A stretch of 37,428 nt of DNA from Candidatus Moraniibacteriota bacterium (GCA_030629775.1 DAOVOJ010000002.1:1-37428), one strand, 5' to 3'; positions 6,334 through 15,939 are shown, counted from the first letter of the stretch. The notes: generated by a model from the letters alone, not told the origin. Program-made: numbers and translations.

Positions 6334-9300
6334 ATGATGAAAAAAATTCCCCGAAAATTTTTAAAAGAAAACAAAGGAGTGATAGAATTGCCTAATCTGA
6401 TTGAAACGCAATTAAATTCCTTTAATTGGTTTTTGGAAGAAGGATTGAAAGATTTGCTGAATGAAATTTCTCCAATTGTAAGTTTTAATAAAGAACTGGA
6501 GTTGGAGTTTACGGATTATTATCTTGATGAGGCTAAATACGACGAGGAGACTTCTAAGCAGAAAAATATTTCCTATGAAGCTCCTTTGCGCTGCAAGGTC
6601 AAGCTGATCAATCATCCAACCAAACAATCACGCGAGCAAGAATGTTATTTTGGCGATTTCCCTCTGATGACCAATCAGGGGACTTTTATTATCAATGGAG
6701 TGGAAAGGGTGATCGTTAGCCAGTTAATTAAATCTCCGGGTGTCTTCTTTAATGTCGTGGCGGAAAAAGAAGGGCGGAAATTTTTCGGCGCCCGAATCAT
6801 TCCTACTCGGGGAGCTTGGCTGGAGATAGAAACAGAGCCGAGCGGAGCGATTTTTATAAAAATAGACCGTAAAAGGAAAGTGGCCGCGACTTCTTTTTTG
6901 AGAGCTTTCGGTTATGGCAGTGACGATGACATCAATCGCGAATTTGACGAAGTGGACAGTGACAAGGAAATAAAGTTTATTAAAGAAACTCTTGCCCGCG
7001 ATATCGCTAAGTCTCAGGCGGAGGGATTTATTGAAATTTATAAAAGAATCAGGCCGGGCGATTTAGCCACCGCTGACAATGCCCGCCAGCTGATCGAAGG
7101 AATGTTTTTTAATTTTGAACGATACGATTTGGGAAAGATCGGACGCCATAAAATGAACCAGCGGCTTAAGACGGATAGTCCTTCCAATATTAAACACAGA
7201 ATTTTTAGAGTTGAAGATTTTGTTCTGGTCATTAAGGAGATCATCAGATTAAATAATACGCCGCAGGCGAAACCTGATGACATTGACCATCTTGGCAACC
7301 GGCGAGTGAGATCGGTGGGAGAGTTGGTTCAGGAAAGATTTCGTTTAGGAATGATGCGAATGGAAAGGAACATCAAAGATAAAATGTCCATCGCTGATAT
7401 CAACACCGTTGCTCCCGCTCAATTGATCAATCCTCGCCCGCTGATCGCGGTTATAAAAGAATTTTTTGCTTCTTCCCAACTTTCTCAATTTATGGACCAG
7501 GTTAATCCTCTCGCCGAACTGGAACACAAACGGCGGCTTTCGGCGATGGGCCCCGGAGGCTTAACCAGAGAGAGAGCCGGTTTTGAAGTGGGGGATGTCC
7601 ACAGAAGTCACTACGGGCGAATTTGTCCTATTCAAACTCCCGAAGGACCTAATATTGGTTTAGTGGGGCATATGGCTTCTTACGCTCGGATAAATAAATT
7701 TGGATTTTTAGAAACTCCCTATCGGGAGGTGAAAAATAAAAAAGCGTCTAATGAGGTTGTTTATATTGACGCTTCTCAGGAAGATGAATCGGTTATCGCT
7801 CACGCCAGCGTGCCTCTTGATCAAAACAATAAATTTATTGAAAGTGAAGTTCAGGCAAGAATTAAAGGACGACCGGGAATTATTTCCGCCGAGAAAGTTG
7901 ATTATATGGATGTTGCTCCTAATCAGGCAGTTAGCATTTCCACTTCTTTGATCCCTTTTTTAGAACATGACGACGCGCATCGGGCGCTGATGGGATCCAA
8001 TATGCAGAGGCAGTCGGTTTCTTGTATTAAACCGCAATCTCCATCAGTGGGAACGGGAATGGAAAAGAAAGCGGCTACCGATTCCGGACAGGTGATTATT
8101 GCCGCGGAAGAAGGAGAAGTGATAGAAGCGGACGCGAAACATATTAGAGTTAAAAGCCCAAAGTCCGTAAAGTCCATAAAATCAAAAGATGATAAACAAT
8201 TTAAGGATTATAAACTGCATAGTTTTGTTCGTTCTAACACGGCGACTTGTATCAATCAGCATCCGATGGTAGTTAAGGGGCAAAAAATTAAAAAAGGCGA
8301 TTTGTTGGCTGACGGAGCGGCAACGGATTATGGAGAATTGGCTCTCGGACAAAACTTATTGGTCGCTTTTGTGTCTTGGGGAGGAGCCAACTTTGAAGAC
8401 GCGATCATTCTTTCTCAAAAAGTGGTTGAGGATGATCGATTCAGCTCTATTCATATTGAAGATTTTTCCATTGATGTTCGGGACACTAAACTGGGACCGG
8501 AAATCGTTACCCGTGATATTCCAAATGTCGGAGAAGAAAAATTAAAAAATCTTGACGAAGAAGGAATTATTCGTGTTGGCGCCAAGATCAGTTCAGGCGA
8601 TATTATGGTAGGTAAAATTACTCCCAAGGGTGAAAGCGATCTAACTTCCGAGGAACGGCTGTTGAGGTCTATCTTCGGGGAAAAGGCGCGTGATGTCAAA
8701 GACACTTCTCTTTATCTTCAGCACGGAGAGCAAGGAAAAGTGGTTAACATTAAAATATTCTCCAGAGAACAAGGAGATAAATTGTCCAGCGGGGTGATAA
8801 AAACCATTCAAGTTAGCGTGGCGCAACTTAGGAAGATCTCTGTCGGCGACAAACTGGCGGGACGCCACGGAAATAAGGGAGTTGTTTCAACTATTCTGCC
8901 GGTGGAAGATATGCCTCGTCTTGAAGATGGCACCCCGGTTGACATTATTCTTAATCCTTTAGGAGTGGCCTCTCGAATGAACATCGGACAGATCTTGGAA
9001 ACTCATCTGGGATTGGCGGCGGACAAATTGGGCTACAAAGCTGCTTGTCCGGTTTTGGCGGGCGTTTCAGAGAAACAGGTAAAAGAAGAATTAAAGAAAG
9101 CTGATTTGCCGGAAGACGGGAAGTTCCAGCTTTATGACGGCAAAACGGGAGAATTGTTCAATAATAAAGTAACGGTGGGAATAATTTATATGATGAAACT
9201 GCATCATCTTGTGGAAGATAAAATTCATATGCGTTCCATCGGTCCTTATTCTTTGATCACTCAGCAGCCGCTTGGCGGCAAGGCGCAATTCGGCGGCCAA

Positions 9301-9564
9301 CGGTTCGGAGAGATGGAAGTCTGGGCGCTGGAGGGTTATGGAGCCGCCCACACTTTACAGGAAGTTCTGACCATTAAATCGGACGATGTTTTAGGCCGTT
9401 CCAAAGCTTACGAATCAATCATTAAGGGAGAGCCAATCAGAAGTCCTCACATCCCGGTCTCTTTTCATGTTTTGGTGAGTGAATTAAAATCGTTAGGATT
9501 GAATGTGGAATTAATGGGATCAGAGAAAAAAGAGAAAGAAGAGAGCGAGGGAAACAAAGAGTAA
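6334..9564 (+). CDS. rpoB: DNA-directed RNA polymerase subunit beta
   Basis: An uninterrupted 1076-aa ORF with hallmark blocks GTFIINGVERVIVSQL, RRLSAMGPGGL, NMQRQ, GRHGNKGVVS and FGEMEVWALEGYGAA. Confidence 0.95.
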   Translation: MMKKIPRKFLKENKGVIELPNLIETQLNSFNWFLEEGLKDLLNEISPIVSFNKELELEFTDYYLDEAKYDEETSKQKNISYEAPLRCKVKLINHPTKQSREQECYFGDFPLMTNQGTFIINGVERVIVSQLIKSPGVFFNVVAEKEGRKFFGARIIPTRGAWLEIETEPSGAIFIKIDRKRKVAATSFLRAFGYGSDDDINREFDEVDSDKEIKFIKETLARDIAKSQAEGFIEIYKRIRPGDLATADNARQLIEGMFFNFERYDLGKIGRHKMNQRLKTDSPSNIKHRIFRVEDFVLVIKEIIRLNNTPQAKPDDIDHLGNRRVRSVGELVQERFRLGMMRMERNIKDKMSIADINTVAPAQLINPRPLIAVIKEFFASSQLSQFMDQVNPLAELEHKRRLSAMGPGGLTRERAGFEVGDVHRSHYGRICPIQTPEGPNIGLVGHMASYARINKFGFLETPYREVKNKKASNEVVYIDASQEDESVIAHASVPLDQNNKFIESEVQARIKGRPGIISAEKVDYMDVAPNQAVSISTSLIPFLEHDDAHRALMGSNMQRQSVSCIKPQSPSVGTGMEKKAATDSGQVIIAAEEGEVIEADAKHIRVKSPKSVKSIKSKDDKQFKDYKLHSFVRSNTATCINQHPMVVKGQKIKKGDLLADGAATDYGELALGQNLLVAFVSWGGANFEDAIILSQKVVEDDRFSSIHIEDFSIDVRDTKLGPEIVTRDIPNVGEEKLKNLDEEGIIRVGAKISSGDIMVGKITPKGESDLTSEERLLRSIFGEKARDVKDTSLYLQHGEQGKVVNIKIFSREQGDKLSSGVIKTIQVSVAQLRKISVGDKLAGRHGNKGVVSTILPVEDMPRLEDGTPVDIILNPLGVASRMNIGQILETHLGLAADKLGYKAACPVLAGVSEKQVKEELKKADLPEDGKFQLYDGKTGELFNNKVTVGIIYMMKLHHLVEDKIHMRSIGPYSLITQQPLGGKAQFGGQRFGEMEVWALEGYGAAHTLQEVLTIKSDDVLGRSKAYESIIKGEPIRSPHIPVSFHVLVSELKSLGLNVELMGSEKKEKEESEGNKE

Positions 9565-9606
9565 AAATTGAGAATTGAATATTTTTAATATTCTAAATTC
9601 AAAACC

Positions 9607-10668
9607 ATGAAAAAAGAATCTTTATCAGTTATCATAATAAAAACGCTTTTAGCTGTGGTTATTTTCACCGGAATCGGAACTATAATTATTGGAGGTGGAT
9701 ATTTGATTGGGGATTATTATAAATATAAAAATGCGATAAATGATAAAATGATAAAACCAGTTATTCCGGAAGTAACTATTGTCACTGACAAAACAGAATA
9801 TGAACAAGGAGAAACGGTGGAGATCACCGTGAAAAATAATTTAGATAAAACCATTTTATTTAGAGGACTCAGGCAACCTTGCTTCAATTCATTTTCTATA
9901 GGTATAAAGAGAGAAAGCTACGAGATGTTTTATGATATTGGTACAGCTCGTTGTATTACAGATGTGATGGAATTAAAACCAAATATAGAACAAGTTTTTC
10001 GTTTGGAAACAGGCGATATTTATGATACTCTTTTCGTTCTTAATACCTTAATCATTTATCCAGAGACCTATAAGCTAAAACTTAATTACGGATTTGATTC
10101 GGAAAGTTTAACAAAAACAATCTACTCTAACGAATTTACGATTAAAGAAAAAGTTAAAGATGAAATCGCCGATTGGCAGACTTATCAGAATGAGGAATAT
10201 GGGTTTCAATTAGAATATCCTGAAGATTTTTCTGTTACTGTTTTAGAAGCAACAAAAAATAATTTAAATCCTTTTTATCAAAATTGGATTAAGTTTATAT
10301 TTGAAAGAGAATATTTTGGAAGTCCTATAATAATAGTTACAGGTGATAAGTATATAGATTTTATTGTTGTTCATATTAACGAAGAAGATAAAGGGTTGAA
10401 ATGTCTTAAAGATGACTTTTTGACTGGAAAAGAAGGCAAGACGATGAGTAAAAAAACGACGACGAAAGAGGTAATTAGCGAATCTGATTTTTATAGAGAA
10501 GAGTGGAGAGAAGGAATGGATGCTTCACATTTTTTCAATTATAGAACAGTGTATAACGATAAATGTTTTATGATGACTACAAATTTAGAAGATAGTTATC
10601 CTAATAATTCTGTAAAAATGGAACTTTATGACAAAATAATTCATTCATTCAAATTCATTGAAAAATAA
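9607..10668 (+). CDS. Hypothetical membrane-anchored protein inserted between rpoB and rpoC
   Basis: N-terminal TM helix (IIIKTLLAVVIFTGIGTIIIGGGYLIG), followed by beta-rich ectodomains (VTIVTDKTEYEQGETVEITVKNN; WQTYQNEEYGFQLEYPEDF). By eye it is more AT-rich than its neighbours. Confidence 0.6.
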   Translation: MKKESLSVIIIKTLLAVVIFTGIGTIIIGGGYLIGDYYKYKNAINDKMIKPVIPEVTIVTDKTEYEQGETVEITVKNNLDKTILFRGLRQPCFNSFSIGIKRESYEMFYDIGTARCITDVMELKPNIEQVFRLETGDIYDTLFVLNTLIIYPETYKLKLNYGFDSESLTKTIYSNEFTIKEKVKDEIADWQTYQNEEYGFQLEYPEDFSVTVLEATKNNLNPFYQNWIKFIFEREYFGSPIIIVTGDKYIDFIVVHINEEDKGLKCLKDDFLTGKEGKTMSKKTTTKEVISESDFYREEWREGMDASHFFNYRTVYNDKCFMMTTNLEDSYPNNSVKMELYDKIIHSFKFIEK

Positions 10669-10708
10669 AATAATATTTAAATATTTATATCTTTAAATCC
10701 CCAAGTCT

Positions 10709-13700
10709 ATGGAAACTAAAGTAGAAGATTTTAAATCAATTAGGTTAAAACTGGCTAGCCCTGAGACAATTTTGGATTGGTCTCATGGGGAAATTTTGCG
10801 GCCCGAAACGATCAATTATCGCACCCAGCGGCCGGAAAAAGACGGACTGTTTTGCGAGAAAATTTTTGGTCCCACCAAGGACTGGGAATGTTATTGCGGA
10901 AAATATAAAAGAATAAGATATAAAGGAATTATTTGCGACAAGTGCGGAGTAGAGGTGACTCGTTCCATTGTCAGGCGGGAGAGAATGGGACACATTAAAC
11001 TGGCCACTCCGGTTTCACATATTTGGTTTTTGCGGGGAGTTCCCAGTAATGTCGGACTGGTTTTAAATGTGTCGCTTCAGGATCTGGAAAGAGTGGCTTA
11101 TTTTGCCGCCTATCTGATCATTGAGGTTAACGAAGAAGAGCGGGAAGTGATGCTGGACCAGATTGAAGGCGAATACAAATCTAAAATTAAGGTCAATAAA
11201 GCTGAACTGACCGTGCCGGAAATAAACGATCTTAAAGAAGCGAAAGACAAGGCGAAAGAGGAATTGAAAAGCATCAAAAATATGCGTGTTATCTCGGAGG
11301 TTGAGTTTCGCAAGCTTTCTATGAAATACGCTTCAGTGTTTAAAGCCAGTATCGGGGCGGAAGGAATTAGAAAGGCCTTGGAAAACACCGATCTGGAAAA
11401 GTTGGCTGGATGGCTGGAGAAGGAAATCAGCAAACAGAAATCAAGCTCTATCCAAAGAAAGAAACTTTTAAAAAGACTTAGGCTGGTTCAAGGTTTTATT
11501 AAATCAGGAATCAGGCCTGAATGGATGTGCATAACCATTTTGCCGGTCATTCCGCCCGATCTCAGGCCAATGGTTCAGCTTGACGGAGGACGGTTTGCCA
11601 CTTCCGACTTGAACGATCTGTATCGGCGGGTGATCAATCGAAATAATCGGCTTAAAAAATTGATCGAGCTGGGAGCGCCGGAAGTGATTTGCCGTAATGA
11701 GAAAAGAATGCTGCAGGAAGCGGTTGATGCGCTTATTGACAACTCCGCGCGGCGAGGGCAGGCGACGATGGCGGCGACCGGCCGCAAGAGGCAGCTTCGT
11801 TCATTGGCTGATATGTTAAAAGGAAAGCAAGGCCGTTTCAGGCAAAATCTTCTGGGGAAGAGAGTTGATTACTCCGGCCGCTCGGTAATCGTTATCGGTC
11901 CTAATTTAAAATTGGATCAGTGCGGTTTGCCGAAAATAATGGCCTTGGAACTTTTCAAGCCGTTTGTTATCGGAAAACTGTTGGCAAGAAATTACGCTTA
12001 CAATGTCAGAAGCGCCAGTAAATTAATTGAACAAGAGATAGACGAGGTTTGGGATATTTTAGAAGAGGTTATTCGGGGAAAGTGCGTTTTGTTAAATCGA
12101 GCGCCAACTTTGCATCGTTTGGGAATTCAGGCTTTTCATCCGGTTTTAATTGAAGGCAAGGCGATTCAAATTCATCCGATGGTTTGTAAAGCTTTTAACG
12201 CTGATTTTGATGGTGATCAAATGGCAGTTCATCTTTCTTTGACTGACGAATCTCAAAAAGAAGCAAATGAAATAATGCTTTCGTCTCGCAACTTACTGAA
12301 GCCGGCCACCGGCGAGCCAATTGTTTTTCCTTCTTTGGATATCGCTTTAGGCTGTTATTATATGACCAAAATTCAAGATGGCCAAAAAGGGGAAGGCAAG
12401 GCTTTTGCTGATTTTGAGGAGGCGATCATCGCTTATCAGTTGGGAATAATAGATTTGAAAGCGAAGATCAAATTAAGAATTAAAAATTCAGCGAAAAAAG
12501 GCCAGGCATTGTCAGACAAGAATAGATCTAATTTTATTGAGACTTGTGTTGGACGAATTATCTTTAACAAAATATTGCCGGAAGAATTAAAATTTGTCAA
12601 TAGGACGATGGACTCTTCTTCTCTAAAATCATTGATGGCTGAAAGTTTGGAAAAAGTAGGCAGGGAAAGAACCGTTCTTTTGGCTGACGGAATGAAAAAA
12701 TTAGGATTCCAGTATGCTGAAATTTCAGGTTTGAGCTGGGGAATGGACGACTTAAAAATTCCGGAAATAAAAGGAGAACTTTTTGAGATCGCCGAAAATC
12801 AAGTTAATGAGATCAGAGAACAGTATAATAACGGCTTGCTGACCGATAATGAAAGGAGAATTAAAACAATTGAAGTTTGGACCAAGACTAAAAATAAATT
12901 GTCAGAAGAGATTCCCAAGGCAATTGATGAGAACGGTCCCGTTTTCTCAATGATCGATTCAGGGGCGAGGAGCAACTGGGCGGTCATCACGCAGATGGCG
13001 GGAATGAAAGGGCTGGTAGTCAATCCGGCCGGCGATACGATCGAGCTGCCGATCAGAAGCAGTTTTAAAGAGGGATTTAATGTTTTGGAATATTTTATTT
13101 CCACTCACGGCGCTCGGAAAGGAATGACGGATACGGCTCTGCGAACTGCCAGCGCCGGTTATTTAACGAGAAAATTGGTTGATGTCGCTCAAAGTGTTAT
13201 TATTAGAGAACCGGATTGTGGAGCAAAAGAAGGAATTGAAGTTTTTAGAGACGGTCAAGAAGATATTGGCAGAGGGCTGGCTATCAGAATAAAAGGAAGA
13301 ACAGTTTTGCAAGAAATAAAAAATCCCAAATCAGGCAAAATTATTGTGGCGGCGGGAGAACAAATTGACAAAGATAAAGCCAAGCAAGTTGAAGAGGCGG
13401 GCGTTGAAAGCGTTCAAGTTCGATCGGTCATTAAATGCCGGGCAAAAAGAGGAATTTGTCAGCAGTGCTATGGATTTGATCTGGGCAGCAATCGGTTGGT
13501 GGAAATCGGGCAAGCGGTTGGTATCGTTACCGCTCAGGCGATCGGAGAACCGGGAACCCAGTTGACGATGAGAACCTTTCATTCCGGCGGCGCGGCCGGC
13601 CGGGATATTACCCAGGGTTTGCCTCGAGTGGAAGAAATTTTTGAAGCTCGTGTGCCGAAAGGAAAAGCGGTTGTTTCGGAAGTTGAAGGGCGAGTGGAAG

Positions 13701-14398
13701 AAATAAAAGATGTCTTTGATGAAAAAATAATTAAAATAAAAACCGTAGGCGCTCAAGCCGCTTTGGATGTTAAGCCTAAAACCAAGGCCAAGAAAAAGAG
13801 CGAGAAAGAATCTCAGGAGTCCGAGTATCAGGAATATGTGATTGGAAAAGATATCGCTTTGATGATCAAGGAAGGCGATCTGATAACCGTGGGACAGCAG
13901 TTGACGGAAGGACACATTGATCTTCAAGAATTGTTCAAACTGAAAGGTATTGACGCTATTCAAGATTATGTTATCAAAGAAGTTCAACAAATTTATACTT
14001 CTCAAGGTGAAGGAATTGACGATAAACACATTGAGATAATTATTCGCCAAATGCTTTCCAGAGTTATGGTTCAGGATCCCGGCAACACTGATTTACTGCC
14101 CGGCGATGTTATTGAAAAATCTCGGTTAGCGGCGGCGAATCAGGAGATCGCTCAGAAAACAAAAGGAATAGAAAGCAAACAAAACCAGCCGGCCACGGTG
14201 ACGCAACTGTTAATGGGCATCACTAAAGCTTCGCTGACCACTGAAAGTTTCTTGTCCGCCGCTTCCTTTCAGGAAACGGCGCGGGTATTGATCAACGCCG
14301 CCGTTACCGGCAAAGAAGATCACCTAAGAGGCCTCAAAGAAAATGTCATCATCGGACGGTTGATCCCCGCGGGAACAGGATACAAAAAGAGTTTGTAA
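10709..14398 (+). CDS. rpoC: DNA-directed RNA polymerase subunit beta'
   Basis: Zinc-binding CYCGKYKRIRYKGIICDKCG, NADFDGDQMAVH, RAPTLHRLGIQAF and the C-terminal GRLIPAGTG. Confidence 0.95.
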   Translation: METKVEDFKSIRLKLASPETILDWSHGEILRPETINYRTQRPEKDGLFCEKIFGPTKDWECYCGKYKRIRYKGIICDKCGVEVTRSIVRRERMGHIKLATPVSHIWFLRGVPSNVGLVLNVSLQDLERVAYFAAYLIIEVNEEEREVMLDQIEGEYKSKIKVNKAELTVPEINDLKEAKDKAKEELKSIKNMRVISEVEFRKLSMKYASVFKASIGAEGIRKALENTDLEKLAGWLEKEISKQKSSSIQRKKLLKRLRLVQGFIKSGIRPEWMCITILPVIPPDLRPMVQLDGGRFATSDLNDLYRRVINRNNRLKKLIELGAPEVICRNEKRMLQEAVDALIDNSARRGQATMAATGRKRQLRSLADMLKGKQGRFRQNLLGKRVDYSGRSVIVIGPNLKLDQCGLPKIMALELFKPFVIGKLLARNYAYNVRSASKLIEQEIDEVWDILEEVIRGKCVLLNRAPTLHRLGIQAFHPVLIEGKAIQIHPMVCKAFNADFDGDQMAVHLSLTDESQKEANEIMLSSRNLLKPATGEPIVFPSLDIALGCYYMTKIQDGQKGEGKAFADFEEAIIAYQLGIIDLKAKIKLRIKNSAKKGQALSDKNRSNFIETCVGRIIFNKILPEELKFVNRTMDSSSLKSLMAESLEKVGRERTVLLADGMKKLGFQYAEISGLSWGMDDLKIPEIKGELFEIAENQVNEIREQYNNGLLTDNERRIKTIEVWTKTKNKLSEEIPKAIDENGPVFSMIDSGARSNWAVITQMAGMKGLVVNPAGDTIELPIRSSFKEGFNVLEYFISTHGARKGMTDTALRTASAGYLTRKLVDVAQSVIIREPDCGAKEGIEVFRDGQEDIGRGLAIRIKGRTVLQEIKNPKSGKIIVAAGEQIDKDKAKQVEEAGVESVQVRSVIKCRAKRGICQQCYGFDLGSNRLVEIGQAVGIVTAQAIGEPGTQLTMRTFHSGGAAGRDITQGLPRVEEIFEARVPKGKAVVSEVEGRVEEIKDVFDEKIIKIKTVGAQAALDVKPKTKAKKKSEKESQESEYQEYVIGKDIALMIKEGDLITVGQQLTEGHIDLQELFKLKGIDAIQDYVIKEVQQIYTSQGEGIDDKHIEIIIRQMLSRVMVQDPGNTDLLPGDVIEKSRLAAANQEIAQKTKGIESKQNQPATVTQLLMGITKASLTTESFLSAASFQETARVLINAAVTGKEDHLRGLKENVIIGRLIPAGTGYKKSL

Positions 14399-14466
14399 AG
14401 TCCGTAAAGTCTGTAAAGTCGAAAATTAAATTCCCCTCTTGAGAGGGAGCAGGGGGGAGGTTGGAG
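14395..14466. repeat. Composite module (9-mer TAAAGTCNG array + left half of the palindromic element) starting at the rpoC stop codon
   Basis: Sequence: gTAAagtccgTAAagtctgTAAagtcgaaaattaaattcccctcttgagagggagcaggggggaggttgga. It contains three in-frame TAA codons spaced 9 nt apart. Confidence 0.85.
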
Positions 14467-14510
14467 TTCAGGTTTTAACCTGTAAATTTTTGGAAAATAA
14501 AAAAGAGGAA

Positions 14511-15116
14511 TTAAAGTAATTCCCCTGTGGGTCTAAACTTGGAGCAAAACTGTTTAAAGTTTAGCTTTTCTACTCTGCCGGTTCGCAGTTTCCATTGTAA
14601 ATATTCAATTTTTCTTCCTAATGGACGGAAGAAATAGCCAATTACTTCCGGAACAGTTTTGATGAGAATTTTTAGATTCTCAATCTTTCCCGTTGTTAAC
14701 GAGAAAGGGTAAAAACTAATTCGCCGTCGTACTGTTTTAAAAACGAACACTTTTATTGTTGCGAAAACGACTTTAGGAAGATGAGCTTTGTTACAAACGA
14801 TAACAACTTCTCTATCTTCGTTATCTATCATTTGACTCGAATACAACATATTCGTTAATGTGTTGTAAGCTTCTTCTTCTCTAAGAATCTTTAGTGGAGT
14901 TCCTTTCAGGAAAATTATTCCTTGAGCTATAGTAGCCATCATATCCGCTTCGGTCTTGGTTGTTCACGGATTGTTAGATTCATCCGCAGTGTCGCCTCCG
15001 CTAAAAATAATTTTCTCGGCTACTGTCTTTTTCGCAACTTGAAGCGCAAATTCAACATACTCTTTCATTTCCTCGCTCCAATTTTTTCCATATCCGCAGA
15101 CGATCACAGTCGCCAA
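14511..15116 (-). pseudogene. DUF218 (YdcF/ElyC-like) gene interrupted by an in-frame TGA at 14964-14966
   Basis: The same frame reads (TTG)ATVIVCGYGKNW..AEKIIFSGGDTADESNNP-TGA-TTKTEADMM..REEEAYNTLTNM..VVIVCNKAHLPKV. DUF218 motifs are present on both sides of the stop. An AGGAGG box further upstream is out of register. Confidence 0.6.
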
Positions 15117-15225
15117 TTCAGTTGTCAATCAAATCCCTCCTACTGTTTATTACTCATCACCAGAGTCAGCTAATTTTAGCTGTTCTCTTCAAAGCAATTA
15201 TATTAGCATATCACTTTAAAATAAA

Positions 15226-15939
15226 ATGTCAATGCCAATTATGAAAGAAATTATGAAAGAAAAATCAAATAATATTTTTTTGGTCTTTGGATATGGAGTG
15301 CCTAAAGATATTCTGAAAGATGAAAATTATAATTTTTATCTGAAATTGGTTTTTAATAGAATTTATAATCTAGTCGTTAAAAATAAAATTGTCAAACCAG
15401 TTATTATTTTTAGCGGAGGAAAAACCGATTGTCATAAGCCATATAAAAGAAACGAAGCAGACGAAATGATTAAATTATTTAAGGAATTAAGCAAAAAACC
15501 ACTTTTAAAGAATATAATAAAAAGCTGGACTTTTTTATCCGAAAAAAAATCTCTATCCACTTTGGAAAATTTTTTGCGCTGCAGGGAAATGATACTTAAA
15601 AGAAAAATCAAAAAAGCCAAACTTTATATTTTTTGCGAACAAACGAGAGAGAGAAGAGTAAAAATTTTAGCCAAGAAAATATTTGATAAAAATTACAATT
15701 CTTGCGTTGTTCCAATTGATTTTGATGTTTCTTCAAATAGGTATTTGGACCCGGAAGTTATTGTCAAAAAAGAGCGGGAAGAATTAAAACATAGTTTGCG
15801 AGCATTAAAAAATTCTGAAAATTTAAAAAAACACCATAAATTTTTTGAAGAGAAGATTAAGTTTTTAAGAAAAGCTGGAACGAAAAAACACGAGGAAGCG
15901 GTTAGAAAGTGGTGGGAAATGAAACTAGGTAAATTATAA
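15226..15939 (+). CDS. DUF218 (YdcF-like) domain protein with a basic C-terminal extension
   Basis: Motifs IFLVFGYG, VIIFSGGKT, NEADEM and SLSTLENF, matching the DUF218 pattern. It is divergent from the interrupted paralog. Confidence 0.65.
   Translation: MSMPIMKEIMKEKSNNIFLVFGYGVPKDILKDENYNFYLKLVFNRIYNLVVKNKIVKPVIIFSGGKTDCHKPYKRNEADEMIKLFKELSKKPLLKNIIKSWTFLSEKKSLSTLENFLRCREMILKRKIKKAKLYIFCEQTRERRVKILAKKIFDKNYNSCVVPIDFDVSSNRYLDPEVIVKKEREELKHSLRALKNSENLKKHHKFFEEKIKFLRKAGTKKHEEAVRKWWEMKLGKL

Noticed and set aside
13331-14050. 239-aa ORF antisense to rpoC. Similar antisense ORFs sit inside rpoB, ftsK, recA, glmS, cca and the sugar-transferase gene.
   Set aside because: All overlap strongly supported conserved genes on the opposite strand or in another frame. 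Their products are low-complexity. They are typical shadow ORFs.
6334-14398. Inteins or introns inside rpoB or rpoC
   Set aside because: Both ORFs are continuous and of compact length, with conserved blocks in normal order. The only anomaly is the short repeat-word tract at 8152-8187.
14964-14966. Possibility that the genome uses TGA as a sense codon (code 25 or 4), which would rescue the DUF218 gene
   Set aside because: fba (stop at 1989-1991) and the DUF4446 gene (stop at 30389-30391) end in TGA at positions consistent with family lengths. None of the long conserved genes (rpoB, rpoC, ftsK, glmS) contains an internal TGA.
14922-15173. 83-aa plus-strand ORF
   Set aside because: It is antisense to the N-terminal half of the DUF218 reading frame, whose translation carries recognisable family motifs.
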